64,000 nucleotides of DNA from Macrostomum lignano (Eukaryota). The translations under genes and the position numbers were made by a program. The stretch covers positions 152,708 through 216,707 of the forward strand of contig NIVC01001978.1 of the NCBI GenBank assembly GCA_002269645.1, in the 5' to 3' direction. The notes under the pieces are model-generated. The model did not search any database. It was given only the letters and a program-made list of their open reading frames with translations, and was not told the origin of the DNA. Of the stretch, positions 38,664-49,651 are shown in pieces (within the stretch, counting starts at the first letter, position 1; every line of letters starts with the position of its first letter).

Positions 38664-39545
38664 AGCGAAAACAAGTTTACTGTGTTTGACAATAAGCTCA
38701 TGTGGTGGTCAAAGAGCTCTACTTTTTACTGATTATACTCGTAGTTTTTGAGCAGTCAATGTAAGTTTTACTGCCTACTGTTTATTTTTTGAACGAGGAT
38801 GAGTAGCTTTTTTATGTTATTTTCAGTCACCAATTTTGTTTTTAATGAGAGTAGCGAAACTGTAATAAATAAAATTGCAAGTTAGACAATAGCTTTATTG
38901 CCGTAATGAAGCATGTATCCATCTACGAGCCGTACGAGTTACGTGTACTCGTACTGAATGCCTAAGATGTATTGTATGCAACGCTCTACTCTACATATAC
39001 ATGTATATCTATATGTATGCATGTTATTTATTTACTTTTACTAACAGATGTATTACATCATTTTACCTCCTATTTTGAACAAATTCAAAAGAAACAAGCA
39101 GAACTTCAATTCAAACACTTTAAGAAACAACAGCCCTTGCGAAACTTCAATTCAAACGAAGTCCCTTTCTATTCTTCAGAAGAGAAGAACTTCAATTCAG
39201 ACTGTCTGTGGTCAAAATTGTCCCCGAATGACGCGCATGCGCAGATTTGAAATTCAAAAGAAACAAAGTCGCATTCTATTTCGACAAAGGGATAAAACAC
39301 AGCATATCGACGAACATAAGAGTAAAATGAAAAACAGGAACAAGACAGTGTCAGTTGGCCAACTTGAGACACCTAACCATCAATTGCCTGTCCACCAAGG
39401 CAGCGAGGGAAGCATGTAAACACATGGTTGAACCACTCAGTGCTTGACTTGACTTACTTGACTTAGCTGCAGGGCTGTCCCGGAGGGGACACAGCGGGAA
39501 GGCGCGGGCGCCCATTCCGCTAGTCCCTGAACGGCCGACGCGTCG

Positions 39546-42500
39546 CTATGGACGGAGGGTTGGCGCCGCCCAGGGAGGTCCCCCAGTGTCGCCAGCAGCT
39601 ATGGTGCTCTCTGGAAAGGAGAGTTCAGCCCTGCGGGTGGCCCGAAGGTAGCGCATGAGCTGATTAAAGTTTTCGGGTTTGCACGCTTCAGTAATAGATG
39701 TGTGTGGCCCGAGGTAAGTGAGTCTGGCCCGCGTGAAGGCGGGACAGATGCTGACGAAATGCTCAGCGGTTTCGTCACCTGAGTTGCAGAAACTACAGGT
39801 GGCGTTGGTGGCGTTGCCCTGCAGGTACTGGTGCCTGGAGAAGCAGCCGTGACCAGAGAGGGTCATGGTGGCAGCCCGGATGTCTCTGCGCGAGAGGCGC
39901 AAGAGGAGCTTCCGGAGCTGGTGAGAGGGCTGAGGGACAGCGCCTCTGGATTGCCTGCAGTTCGTGCGGTTCGCCCAAGTCGAGCGGTGCTGAGTCCTGA
40001 TCCACGCTTTGATGCGCGAGTCGATGACACAGCCAGGAATCGGGACAAGAGGTTCGGGGCCGAGAGAGGAGCCGGAGGCACCAACTTTTGCAAGGGTGTC
40101 AGCCAACTCATTTCCTCGGATCCCCACATGCCCCGGAACCCACTTAAGGGTAATTTTGTTGGCGGAACCCAACACATTGAGGAGTTTGATACAGTCAAGG
40201 ACTGTAGCAGAGTTGGTGCTGCAGCCACTGATGGCGTGCAAGGCAGCTTGGCTGTCCGAATGGAAAATGATGTTCTTACCAGTAACGCCAGTGGCGAGAA
40301 GCTCTGCAGTGCAGGAGCTGATGGCCAGAACTTCATTTTGGAAAACACTGGAGTTGACCCCAGTGTATTGAGCGTGGGTAGCGATGACCCTCCCGTTCAG
40401 AAAGATTCCAACACCAAAGCCGGTGTTGGCTGACTGCTTAGAACCGTCGGTGTAGCAATGAAGCTCACCAGGGTTCCAATGGTCATTGATGTTATCGCGC
40501 GAGTCGATAGCTACGGAGTAGCGCTGTCTCAGGTTGAGCGTTGAGGCAATGCCATCGGTGAAGACGCGATTGGCCTGACACTCGTTGAGAAAGTTGAGGC
40601 ACAGATCGCTATGCGGGACAAGGTTCCGCTTAGCAGGTGCTCTCATGTAAATGAATTTGACGCCGGCATCAATTAGACGCCGCGTCGTTCTAGCCGCCTC
40701 ACCCCTGATGAAGAGGTCAAGAGGCGGAAGATTAAGGAAGGCCCCCATGCCAGCAAAGGGCGTGGACCTGGTGGCGTTGCAGATGAGCCTACACGCTCTG
40801 CCTTGGATCGTGTTGAGCAGGTCTGCATGGCTTTTGACCTGGGTAGCGCTAACCCAGACAACAGAGGCGTACGTAATGGCAGGTCTAACTACGGAAGTAT
40901 AGATCCACCAAAGCCGCTTTGGGGATAGACCCCAAGAAGTGCCAAGTGCTCGTCGGAGCTGGGCCAGGATGGCTGAGGCACGCTTGGCTTTTGCTTTCAC
41001 GTGGAAGGACCAGTTGAGCCGGTGGTCAAGTGTGACCCCGAGACATCTGGTCTGGTGCGCGAAGGCAATATCTCTGCCGTAGAGCTGCAGAGGACGTATG
41101 TTCCAGCGTAGTCTGCTGGTAAACATAATGGCAACGGTTTTGGGCTCAGAGAGTTCCAGACCATTGTCATTGGCCCAGGATTCTGCTTTGCGGATAAAGC
41201 TCTGCATCAGATCCCTGAGCGTGCTGGGAGACGGTCCTGCCACAATGGCCGTGACGTCATCAGCATACCCGACTTTGAAGACGGGGTCGGGTCGGGAGTC
41301 ACTCAAAAGAGCGTCCATGACCAGGTTCCAGAGCGTCGGGGTGAGGACTCCGCCTTGGGGTCCACCCTTACAGACTCTGGTGGAGGCAGTTTGCCCAAGA
41401 AGTTGGGCAGTGACCGTACGGTTGGAGATCATGTACATGATCCACCGTATGAGGGTAGCATGAGCTTTGCGATTTTGAAGGGCCCTCTGAAACGCTTCAA
41501 AGATAACGTTGTCGAAGGCGCCAACAATGTCAAGAAAGAGAGCCAGAGCGTAACCGTCACCCAGTACCGCCCTTTCAATCTTCTCGACAATCGCATGCAG
41601 GGCGCTGTCAGTCGACCTCCCGGTACGGAAGGCGTGCTGATTATTGCTGAGGGGCATCGCTGTCAGCTCGCAGGACAGCAGCCGCCAGAGAATAAGCCTC
41701 TCAGTGAGCTTAAGCATTGCTGACGTTAAGCTAATAGGCCGGAAGGCCTTGACGCTTTGGTAGTCACCCTTCCCAGGTTTGGGAATAAAGACTACCCGAG
41801 CTTCAGTCCAGCATTTGGGAACGTATCCCAGCTGGATAGAGGCCCGCATAAGATTGCGGGTGAGTCTCAGGAACGAGGGTATCTTGGCTGCTTCACGAAG
41901 GAGAACAGGGTAGATACCATCAGGTCCAGGAGATTTGAAGGGTTTGAAGGTTCTGACCGCACGAGCGATTAGGTCTTCAGTGACAATGCCCGCCGCTAGG
42001 GTGGCTCCATCCATCGAATGGTTGGGCTCCGGTCTAGCAGTAGGTACCCTCGGGAAGAATGTGCTAAGCATATGCTGAAGCACTTCTTCAGGGTCTTTAG
42101 TAAGAGAGCCATCATCTTTTTTGATCATGGCTAATTTGGACATTTTGTCCATTGTAAGGGCCTTGACAAGCCTAGAAGTAGGTCTGTCTTGATCCAATTC
42201 ATTGCAGAATTGGCGCCACTTACATTCCTTGGCCTTGCGCACTTCAGATTTGAAATTGCGGGAGGCTTGCCGGAAAAGCTCCATGTCCTCCGGGTTTCCG
42301 GTCTTCATGGCACGGCGATGAAGGCTTTTGGCCTTCCGCCTGAGTTTCCCCAGCTCCGGGTTCCACCACGGCGCCGAGGTCTTGCCTTTGTAGGCGCGAG
42401 CAGGACAAGCCGCTTCGTAGGCTTCAATAATGCAACCTGTCAGCGTCTCAGCCATATGATCCACATCCTCGCAGGTCTCAATCGGACGTAAGTCCGTGAG

Positions 42501-43286
42501 TTCCTGCAGGTGCAGATCAAGGGCAGCCTTGTAGGCCGCCCAATCAGTGTTGCGGATATTGCGTCTCCAAGTGATCGGAGACTGGGTTTTAGTGTCCGCG
42601 ATGTTAAAGGCGATAAAGCAGTGGTCAGACAGGGAGGGCTCCTCAGACCAGACTCTCCACTCCTCAACTCTGTCAAAGAGTCTTGGGGTAACGAGTGTGG
42701 CGTCGAGGACCTCGGTCCATCTGCCATTATTAAAGGTAGGAGTGCTGCCGCGGTTGCAGAGCATGAGGTTTGTGTTAGAGATGAGGGCCAGAAGCTCCTC
42801 TCCTCTAGTGTTGGTATCTTTGCTGCCCCAGTGCTTGTGGTGCGCGTTGAGGTCGCCCCCTAAGCACAGCTCAGCGTTCTGGGACTCGCAGTACTGCGCG
42901 AGGCGCAGTAAACTCTCAGGAGCAGGGTCTCTGTCGCCTGGGATATAAACCGAGGCAACAAGACACGTACGCGGAGAGAAATGATTAGATTGGATGACGC
43001 AAAGGTCTCCATCAGAGAGATCAGTCCTCAGCCAAGCCTGGAGATGGCTAGCAGCGAGGATAGCCGCTCTAGGGCGGCTGTTCCCCGGGCCACACACATA
43101 AAAATCAGAGTAGCCAGAGGGAATGTTGGGCAACTTACCGTTGCGCATCCAGGGTTCCTGGATCAGGATGAGGCCTGGCCTGTACAGCTCAGCAATCTTC
43201 ATCAGATTTACTGACGCAGATACGCAATGCTGTAAATTAATTTGCAGACAGAATGTCGCTCCTTTGGCAGCGTGGAGCTTAGTCAT
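39546..43286 (-). CDS. LINE ORF2 (APE endonuclease - reverse transcriptase - RNase H - CCHC), 1246 aa, intact
   Basis: QINLQH, IQEP, GGDLNAHH, LDATL, SDH (APE); PGPDG, IPKPGK, LDIVGAFD, PQGGVL, YADD (RT); YTDGS, NE, SDS, WVPGH..GNELAD (RNase H); CSFC..HFVSIC. Confidence 0.97.
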   Translation of the reverse strand: MTKLHAAKGATFCLQINLQHCVSASVNLMKIAELYRPGLILIQEPWMRNGKLPNIPSGYSDFYVCGPGNSRPRAAILAASHLQAWLRTDLSDGDLCVIQSNHFSPRTCLVASVYIPGDRDPAPESLLRLAQYCESQNAELCLGGDLNAHHKHWGSKDTNTRGEELLALISNTNLMLCNRGSTPTFNNGRWTEVLDATLVTPRLFDRVEEWRVWSEEPSLSDHCFIAFNIADTKTQSPITWRRNIRNTDWAAYKAALDLHLQELTDLRPIETCEDVDHMAETLTGCIIEAYEAACPARAYKGKTSAPWWNPELGKLRRKAKSLHRRAMKTGNPEDMELFRQASRNFKSEVRKAKECKWRQFCNELDQDRPTSRLVKALTMDKMSKLAMIKKDDGSLTKDPEEVLQHMLSTFFPRVPTARPEPNHSMDGATLAAGIVTEDLIARAVRTFKPFKSPGPDGIYPVLLREAAKIPSFLRLTRNLMRASIQLGYVPKCWTEARVVFIPKPGKGDYQSVKAFRPISLTSAMLKLTERLILWRLLSCELTAMPLSNNQHAFRTGRSTDSALHAIVEKIERAVLGDGYALALFLDIVGAFDNVIFEAFQRALQNRKAHATLIRWIMYMISNRTVTAQLLGQTASTRVCKGGPQGGVLTPTLWNLVMDALLSDSRPDPVFKVGYADDVTAIVAGPSPSTLRDLMQSFIRKAESWANDNGLELSEPKTVAIMFTSRLRWNIRPLQLYGRDIAFAHQTRCLGVTLDHRLNWSFHVKAKAKRASAILAQLRRALGTSWGLSPKRLWWIYTSVVRPAITYASVVWVSATQVKSHADLLNTIQGRACRLICNATRSTPFAGMGAFLNLPPLDLFIRGEAARTTRRLIDAGVKFIYMRAPAKRNLVPHSDLCLNFLNECQANRVFTDGIASTLNLRQRYSVAIDSRDNINDHWNPGELHCYTDGSKQSANTGFGVGIFLNGRVIATHAQYTGVNSSVFQNEVLAISSCTAELLATGVTGKNIIFHSDSQAALHAISGCSTNSATVLDCIKLLNVLGSANKITLKWVPGHVGIRGNELADTLAKVGASGSSLGPEPLVPIPGCVIDSRIKAWIRTQHRSTWANRTNCRQSRGAVPQPSHQLRKLLLRLSRRDIRAATMTLSGHGCFSRHQYLQGNATNATCSFCNSGDETAEHFVSICPAFTRARLTYLGPHTSITEACKPENFNQLMRYLRATRRAELSFPESTIAAGDTGGPPWAAPTLRP

Positions 43287-43413
43287 ACTGTATTAAATGC
43301 AATATCTGGCTAGAGCCCAGGGCCATCAAGGAGACTTGGACAACAGATCGTCCTCGTCCCAGGCCGCTGGGGCTTGACTGGGAGATGGGAGTTGGTCGAC
43401 GTCCATGGCCTCC

Positions 43414-44885
43414 TCACCCCACCGGCCCCCCAGCAGAGTCCTCAGGCTCCGATGACAGGATGGAGGAAGCTTCCTCACCTGCATCTTTACCTTCAGACCC
43501 CACCAAGGTGGCCGAGGAGAGCTCGGATTCCGAAGACCCGGCCTCGTCCTCAACTCCTTCTCCGACTGGCAGGTTTGGTTCCCGGGGCTTGGCCGGAGCC
43601 GTTACCGCGGTCGCCGAACTGCTGCTAGCAGAGGGGCGAGATGCAGCTTTGGCTTTGGGATCGGCTTGCGCCTTTCCTTGGGCCTTAGACTGCGCCCCGC
43701 TCTTGCCGGAGATGCCGGGGTTGGCAGTAGCCTTCCCTTTGGCAGACTTTCCTCGGCGCATCTTGAGCTTGAGGGCACCCAGCTGGAAAGAGGATCCATT
43801 AGGGTACCGACTCGCCCAAGTGCTGGAAAGGCCGAGGACAATTGAGTTGCCCGTCTCCCCCCTGCGGACTTTACGGTGATACACCAGTCCACTAGCAGGG
43901 AGGTCGGGGTTCAGACGCAGTAGGACCCGGCGAATAACGTCTGGTCCAGCTGCGGTGCTCTTAGCAGGGACGAAAACCACATAGGGTATCGTCTTTGGAC
44001 GCTGGCCCTCGCGAAGAAAAAGAGCTCCGCCAAGGTCAGCATCCAAGGAGACCGTCGGTAGCCGCTGGAGCAGCCGCCGAGCGTCCTCCTCGCTGCTAGG
44101 AGCAATAAGAACGAATGTGCTTCGCAGCACCATCCGCTCAATGCCGATGGAGATTCCCTCCTCGACAGTCAGCTCAATCAGATAGGAGTCAACAGCACTC
44201 CACACTTTTTGAAGCTGATCAGTGGTCCAGTCCTGGTCGCGACCTTGGATGATCACTCCCGGGATTTTGGCCTTGGCCTTCGCCGCAAAGGTAGCTCCCG
44301 AAGGAACCTCCTTGTTGGCAGTGGCCATTTGTTGCGCCGTGGTTTCGGCCTCAGCAGCCGCGGCAGCAGCTCCAGGGAGCGCCGCCGCTGAACTACTGGA
44401 GCTTCCACCGGCCGGCCCGCCTGGTTGCCTTGGGACTCCAGTCGCTTCAGCATCCATGGTGGACGCCGCCGCTTTGGCCCCGCAGCTCCCTTCTTGGCCT
44501 GCCTTTTGGCGCGTTGTTTAGCGCGTTTGCGCTCAAGCCGAGCCCGCTGAGCTTCATCGGATCTGCCAGATTTGGCCGGTCCTTTAGGCTCAGAGCTCGC
44601 GGTTCCCTTAGATCCACCAGCGGAGCTGGCAGGTCTTTGGGTATTTTGAGTTTGGTAGCTCTGGTCGGATCTGCCAGCAGAGCCAGCCGGTCCTTCCTTT
44701 GCCACAGTTGAATCAGTCGGTTGGGATCTGCCAGCAGGGCCGGCCGGTCCTTCGGACTGAGGTTGGGGTTTAGAAGGGTCCCCGTCCCTAGAGTTAGCTT
44801 GATTATCCATAGACGGCTCGAAGGCCATGATAAAAGGTTGGTGGGCTACCCTCAAAGGGGCGCGGTACCCACCCGGCCGCTCCAC
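43414..44885 (-). CDS. LINE ORF1 (gag-like, no CCHC knuckle), split by an apparent 1-nt frameshift near 44480
   Basis: Upstream frame 44885-~44480 (basic RARLERKRAKQRAKRQAKK) joins the 44457-43414 frame if one G is added to the GGGG run (44478-44481). The central domain resembles LOA-type ORF1 (recalled, not searched). Confidence 0.7.
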
Positions 44886-45883
44886 CTGACCGGGCAGTAG
44901 GCCAATAGCACCCTCAAGGCTGGCCCGACACCAGGAGGGGGACCGCTTGCGACCGGACTACTCCCCGGCCTTCCAGCCCATCGGCACGGTCAACACCTTA
45001 GGCATTAGAGAGTACGTTGAGCAGTACCACGGCCTGCAGGTTGGCGAGCCAGACCCGCATACCCAAATTCGGCCGAAGCCACTGGATAGGGTCGCCAGCG
45101 CCGGAGCCCAGTCTGTCCAGCAGCCCTAGGGACTGCCTTGAACACACGCGGGGACGAGTACCCTGGGTCGACTTGCGAGACAGCGTGGGGGGGGTCTGCG
45201 GCTGCCAGAGGCAAATAGAGGGTGCAGACCTCCCACCAGCCTTGACCTGCTGAAGATAGGGGCAGGCGTGAAGCATCGCAGACCTTAGCCCATGGGCCTA
45301 GTCTGTCTCATACTTCACTGGCATGCTGAATACGCCTTCGCGTGCAACCACTCAGTGCACTTGTCCACAGAGATGCAGCCAATGGTTCTGTCCACCATGC
45401 TGTACAGAATGTCTCGCCGATAGGTCGCAATCGACTGATTCCCGTGCTATTCACCGATTCCACCTTCTTCCAGCAATTCATCGTCTTCTTCAATCTGATC
45501 TTCAGTATTCATATCGTTTCTTATTGCGCAACGATTGTACAGTTTTTCAGTACAGGAAAAACAAAAAATTAGATTAATGTACTAAAAATGTACTCGTATC
45601 TAAATGTATGTGCAAAAATTTCTGTCGAAATAGAATGTGACTTTGTTTCTTTTGAATTTCAAATCTGTGCATGCGCGTCATTCGGGGACAATTTTGGCCA
45701 CAGACAGTCTGAATTGAAGTTTTTCTGTTTCAATAGAAAGGCACTTTGTTTGATTTGAAGTTTCGCAAGGGCTGATATTTCCTAAAGTGTTTGAATTGAA
45801 GTTCTGCTTGTTTCTTTTGAACAAGACTTTGTTCAAAATAGGAGGTAAAATGGTGTATACGTTTAAACAAATATAAAAATACA

Positions 45884-45884
45884 A

Positions 45885-45935
<51 letters not shown>
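45884..45935. repeat. (CAA)n microsatellite
   Basis: Direct reading. Confidence 0.95.
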
Positions 45936-45936
<1 letters not shown>

Positions 45937-45964
45937 AGCAAAAACAACGATAAAATGCATTGTC

Positions 45965-47440
45965 AGCCAGTCAAGAGTGAGCCTGGGTCACAGGGCTCGT
46001 TTCAAGGCCTGGGCGCGAATGTAGGCCGCACCGCCGGCATCATATCAGTCAGCAGGCAGTCGACGAAACGCCGAGTGCGCACCTGCCCTGCCGGTAGGGT
46101 GCCTGCAGCTTGAGCAACAGCACCTTCGGCACCGGTTGTGAGCAGTACGACTCAGCTTGGATGTGGCCTGCCAGATGGAGTTGCCCGGTGCGCAACAGTT
46201 CGCTAGGACGGGACAGGCCGGTGCGGCGGTAGAGTGCCGCATTGGTGACTCGCTCGTAGCCGCACTTGTAGCGCCTAGCAGTCCTCGCGAACGTCAGGCA
46301 TCAGACCGCCGATGTAGACGAACTGCTGACAGCGCGGAAGCCTCGTCCCCTGTCTGTCAGCGTCTCGGCAGAAAATTGCAGCCTCGATGTCGCCCGGCAC
46401 GCAGAGCACGACGGTCTTTCGCGTGTTGATTACCAGTCCGACACTTACTGCAACGCTCAACAGCCAGTCTAGCTGGCGCTGGGCGCCCTCGAGGGTCGAG
46501 GACAGCAAGGTAAAATCTTCGACGTAGTCAAGCACGCCGAGCCGCCTCTCCGGTTGGCGAAGACCCACGCGTCGTTGCAGCAGGAAGCCGTCGTCGGTAG
46601 AAGGGAGCTAGGGCGGTTCGCAGCACCCAGTCAAGCAGCAGGACGAACAGGAATGGCTCAAGCGTATCTCCCTGAAGCACCCCAGAGGATGTCTCAAAGA
46701 AATCCGACAGGCCGTCCGGTGTCCGCATAGCAGCTCTCGTGCCATGGTACAGCGCCATGACGGCGGAAATCAGCTGCTCTGGCACGTTGAACATCACAAT
46801 TGTAAGCACCATTGGGAGCACGGCCCTCACGACCTTCCTGAAGTCAATAAGAGAGTAATCAGGCTGGACTGGGGGTCCGCGCTTCCTCGATGACTCGCCG
46901 AAGAGCCAGGATCTGCGCCACTGTGCCGCGCGTGTACACGGTTTCTTCGGAATAGCGATTTCGGGCACCTCGTCCGGACCCAGCGCTTTGCCACCCGAAG
47001 TCTTTGAGCGAGCATCACAACGTCGGCTGTGCTGACTTGTGCTACATTGAAACCCTCTGTCAGCAAAATACCGTCCCCTGCGGCAGCCTCAGATCGTTTG
47101 GCAGCGGGGGCGACGTTATTTCTTCCACTGATCCGGATTGCGAGCTGGGTTGAGCGGGATGCTCCACTTCCGCCCGGTCAGAGCGTTGATGACGGACCAG
47201 GCCGCGCGCCGTTTGGCGTCGGGTCCAGCAGCGGTGACGCCCTGGATGGCTTCGTCAACAGCAGCCTGTTGTCGCTGCAGGTAGACAGCCGCCAGAGGCT
47301 CCTCGGCCCCACGCAAGATCTTGTTGAAGAGCTTCGGGGTGCACAATATCAGCTACGAGTGTATATTCTCCTGTGTTAAATGATCCTGATCGTACCTGGC
47401 TTTTTCGGAATGGGAACAAGGTGCGCTGTCGTGGCTATAC
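45965..47440 (-). mobile_element. Degenerate, internally rearranged RTE-like non-LTR retrotransposon relic
   Basis: Pieces: TAHLVPIPKKPG; PKLFNKIL; AAWSVINALTG; KALGPDEVP; LIDFRK; SSGVLQGDTLEPFLF; LDYVED (decayed YADD); GLVINTRKT; FVYIGG. Multiple frameshifts. Confidence 0.85.
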
Positions 47441-47844
47441 CAAAGTTTGAAACTAGTGCAACAGGTGCTGTAAAGTTTCTGTTTGAAAGAAACATTCTGC
47501 TGGGTTTCAGTTTGCGAAGGTGTCAAGAGCAAACGGGAGTTGATTGTCTGGAAGTCTCGGATTCTCTGCGCACCTTGCCTTTATGATGCCAGTCTTCAGG
47601 ACACCCGACGCGACTAAATTGTTTTGAGCTAAAAATATACTTGTAATAAACATACTCCTACAAGTGCTGCCGCTCTTTGGTCTATGAGAATAAATAACGC
47701 TTTTAAATATATTTTTAGTCTATGGTCCAAAACCAAACTTCCGGCGGAACGCGAAAATCGGCTTCACTTTTTAAAAGCTTCGTTGGCATTCTATGTATAC
47801 TCAATATTCTCTGGTACTACTTAATTATCAAATGTCTGTGGTTA

Positions 47845-47958
47845 AACTCGTAAAAACACGACTTTATGGTGTAGAAAAAAATTCGCTTCTACAAACTATT
47901 AGTACGCGAGTTAGAATGTAATTTTAGTAAACAATTTTACGCGAAAATGTCAACCTGA
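47845..47958 (+). pseudogene. Relic of a fourth peptide-gene copy (upstream region plus ATG, then immediate stop)
   Basis: AACTCGTAAAAACACGACTTT..TAGTACGCGA..TTTTACGCGAAAATGTCAA aligns with the region upstream of copy B (AACTCGTAACAACGCGTCTTT..TAGTACGCGA..TTTAATGCGAAAATGTCT) and copy C. Reads ATG TCA ACC TGA and runs straight into the 23-bp array. Confidence 0.6.
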
Positions 47959-47960
47959 AA

Positions 47961-48902
47961 GACACAGTGGAATAGGGCAGATAGACAGCAAAATAGGGCA
48001 GATAAACACAGTGGAATAGGGCAGATAGACACAGTGGAATAGAGCAGATAGACACAGTGGAATAGGGCAGATAGACACAGTGAAATAGGGCAGATAGACA
48101 CAGTGGAATAGGGCAGATAGACACAGTGGAATAGAGCAGATAGACACAATGGAATAGGGCAGATAGACACAGTGGAATAGGGCAGATAGACACAGTGGAA
48201 TAGGGCAGATAGACACAGTGGAATAGGGCAGATAGACACAGTGGAATAGGGCAGATAGACCCAGTGGAATAGGGCAGATAGACACAGTGGAATAGGGCAG
48301 ATAGACACAGTGGAATAGGGCAGATAGACACAGTGGAATAGGGCAGATAGACACAGTGGAATAGGGCAGATAGACACAGCGGAATGGGGCAGATAGACAC
48401 AGTGGAATAGGGCAGATAGACACAGTGGAATAGGGCAGATAGACACAGCGGAATAGGGCAGATAGACACAGTGGAATAGGGCAGATAGACACAGTGGAAT
48501 AGGGCAGATAGACACAGTGGAATAGGGCAGATAGACACAGTGGAATAGGGCAGATAGACACAGCGGAATGGGGCAGATAGACACAGTGGAATAGGGCAGA
48601 TAGACACAGCGGAATAGGGCAGATAGACACAGTGGAATAGGGCAGATAGACACAGCGGAATAGGGCAGATAGACACAGTGGAATAGGGCAGATAGACACA
48701 GTGGAATAGGGCAGATAGACACAGTGGAATAGGGCAGATAGACACAGTGGAATAGGGCAGGTAGACACAGTGGAATAGGGCAGATAGACACAGTGGAATA
48801 GGGCAGATAGACACAGTGGAATAGGGCAGATAGACACAGTGGAATAGGGCAGATAGACACAGTGGAATAGGGCAGATAGACCCAGTGGAATAGAAACAGT
48901 GG
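47961..48902. repeat. 23-bp minisatellite (TAGGGCAGATAGACACAGTGGAA), ~41 units
   Basis: Direct reading. Confidence 0.97.
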
Positions 48903-49229
48903 AACAATCTGATTTATAGTTAAACCGGTGAGACGAAGTCAAGGCAGATAGCACGAGAGGCGCAAGTTCCAGTCTGGCCGCAGTAATACGAGCGTACGAG
49001 CGTACTGTATTTACGTAAACTCGTATTTACGAGTATTTACTTTATTTTAAAGGACTCAAAACTTAGAACATCTTGGAGACTTAAAAGAGAAAAATCGACA
49101 CGTACTTAGCGGGCCAGAGGCGCTAAATAAAGGCACCCAAACCGATGGCACGGGACCAAAGCACGGCCCCACCACCCCGCATCAAAGCACAAGAGCCACG
49201 CCCCACTGGTTTAACACCCTACCAAACTA

Positions 49230-49651
49230 AACCCGATCGGACCATTACTACGAGCATACATAGTAGGGGAGAAATATGCTCTGCAATAGCACGTCGAACG
49301 CTAATATACTCCATATGTGGAGGCGTACCTTCGAACTGGTCAGCAATTACCGCATGAAAAAAAACAATTTCCATCACCGGCAATAGAAACTGTTTAGGAC
49401 GAAGCAGCAGGTGTAAGAGTAATAGGAATTTGCATCTCCCATTCCGCCTACAATTGGAACACCAACGTCCACCACGAAGCCGAACGCCTCGTCAACCTAT
49501 CCTCCCGTTCAGATGAATCGTTTACAGCCGCGTGCGTCTTCTTCCTACCAATGTTCGATGCCTCTCCTACCTGTGAACACGTTTCAAGTCGTGATCGACA
49601 CTCACACTGATTTTTTAGTCGAAGCTGGCGTTCACTCTCAGACTCAGGCAT
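49230..49651 (-). pseudogene. OTU cysteine-protease domain relic, possibly Helitron-derived
   Basis: VSIAGDGNCFF/HAVIADQFEG..YISVRRAIAEHI with a +1 shift in an 8-T run (49357-49364). Upstream ESERQLRLKNQ..R.R segment is reminiscent of Helitron N-terminal repeats. Confidence 0.55.

Larger units (their letters stand above)
39444..45345 (-). mobile_element. Full-length non-LTR retrotransposon (LOA/R1 group, RNase H-bearing), 5.9 kb
   Basis: 13-bp TSD AACCACTCAGTGC at 39431-39443 and 45346-45358. 3' tail of (AAGTC)n-like repeats at 39444-39465. Two ORFs and a ~460-bp 5' leader. Confidence 0.95.
39056..45855. mobile_element. TA-flanked element with ~230-bp imperfect terminal inverted repeats (~0.9 kb once the nested LINE is removed)
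   Basis: 39056-39286 is the reverse complement of 45622-45855 (CA(T/C)CATTTTACCTCCTATTTTGAAC...). TA at 39054-39055 and 45856-45857. TIRs carry repeated AACTTCAATTCA motifs. Confidence 0.8.

Noticed and set aside
39793-44711. Multiple 60-200 aa plus-strand and alternate-frame ORFs over the LINE
   Set aside because: Shadow ORFs of GC-rich ORF1/ORF2 coding sequence.
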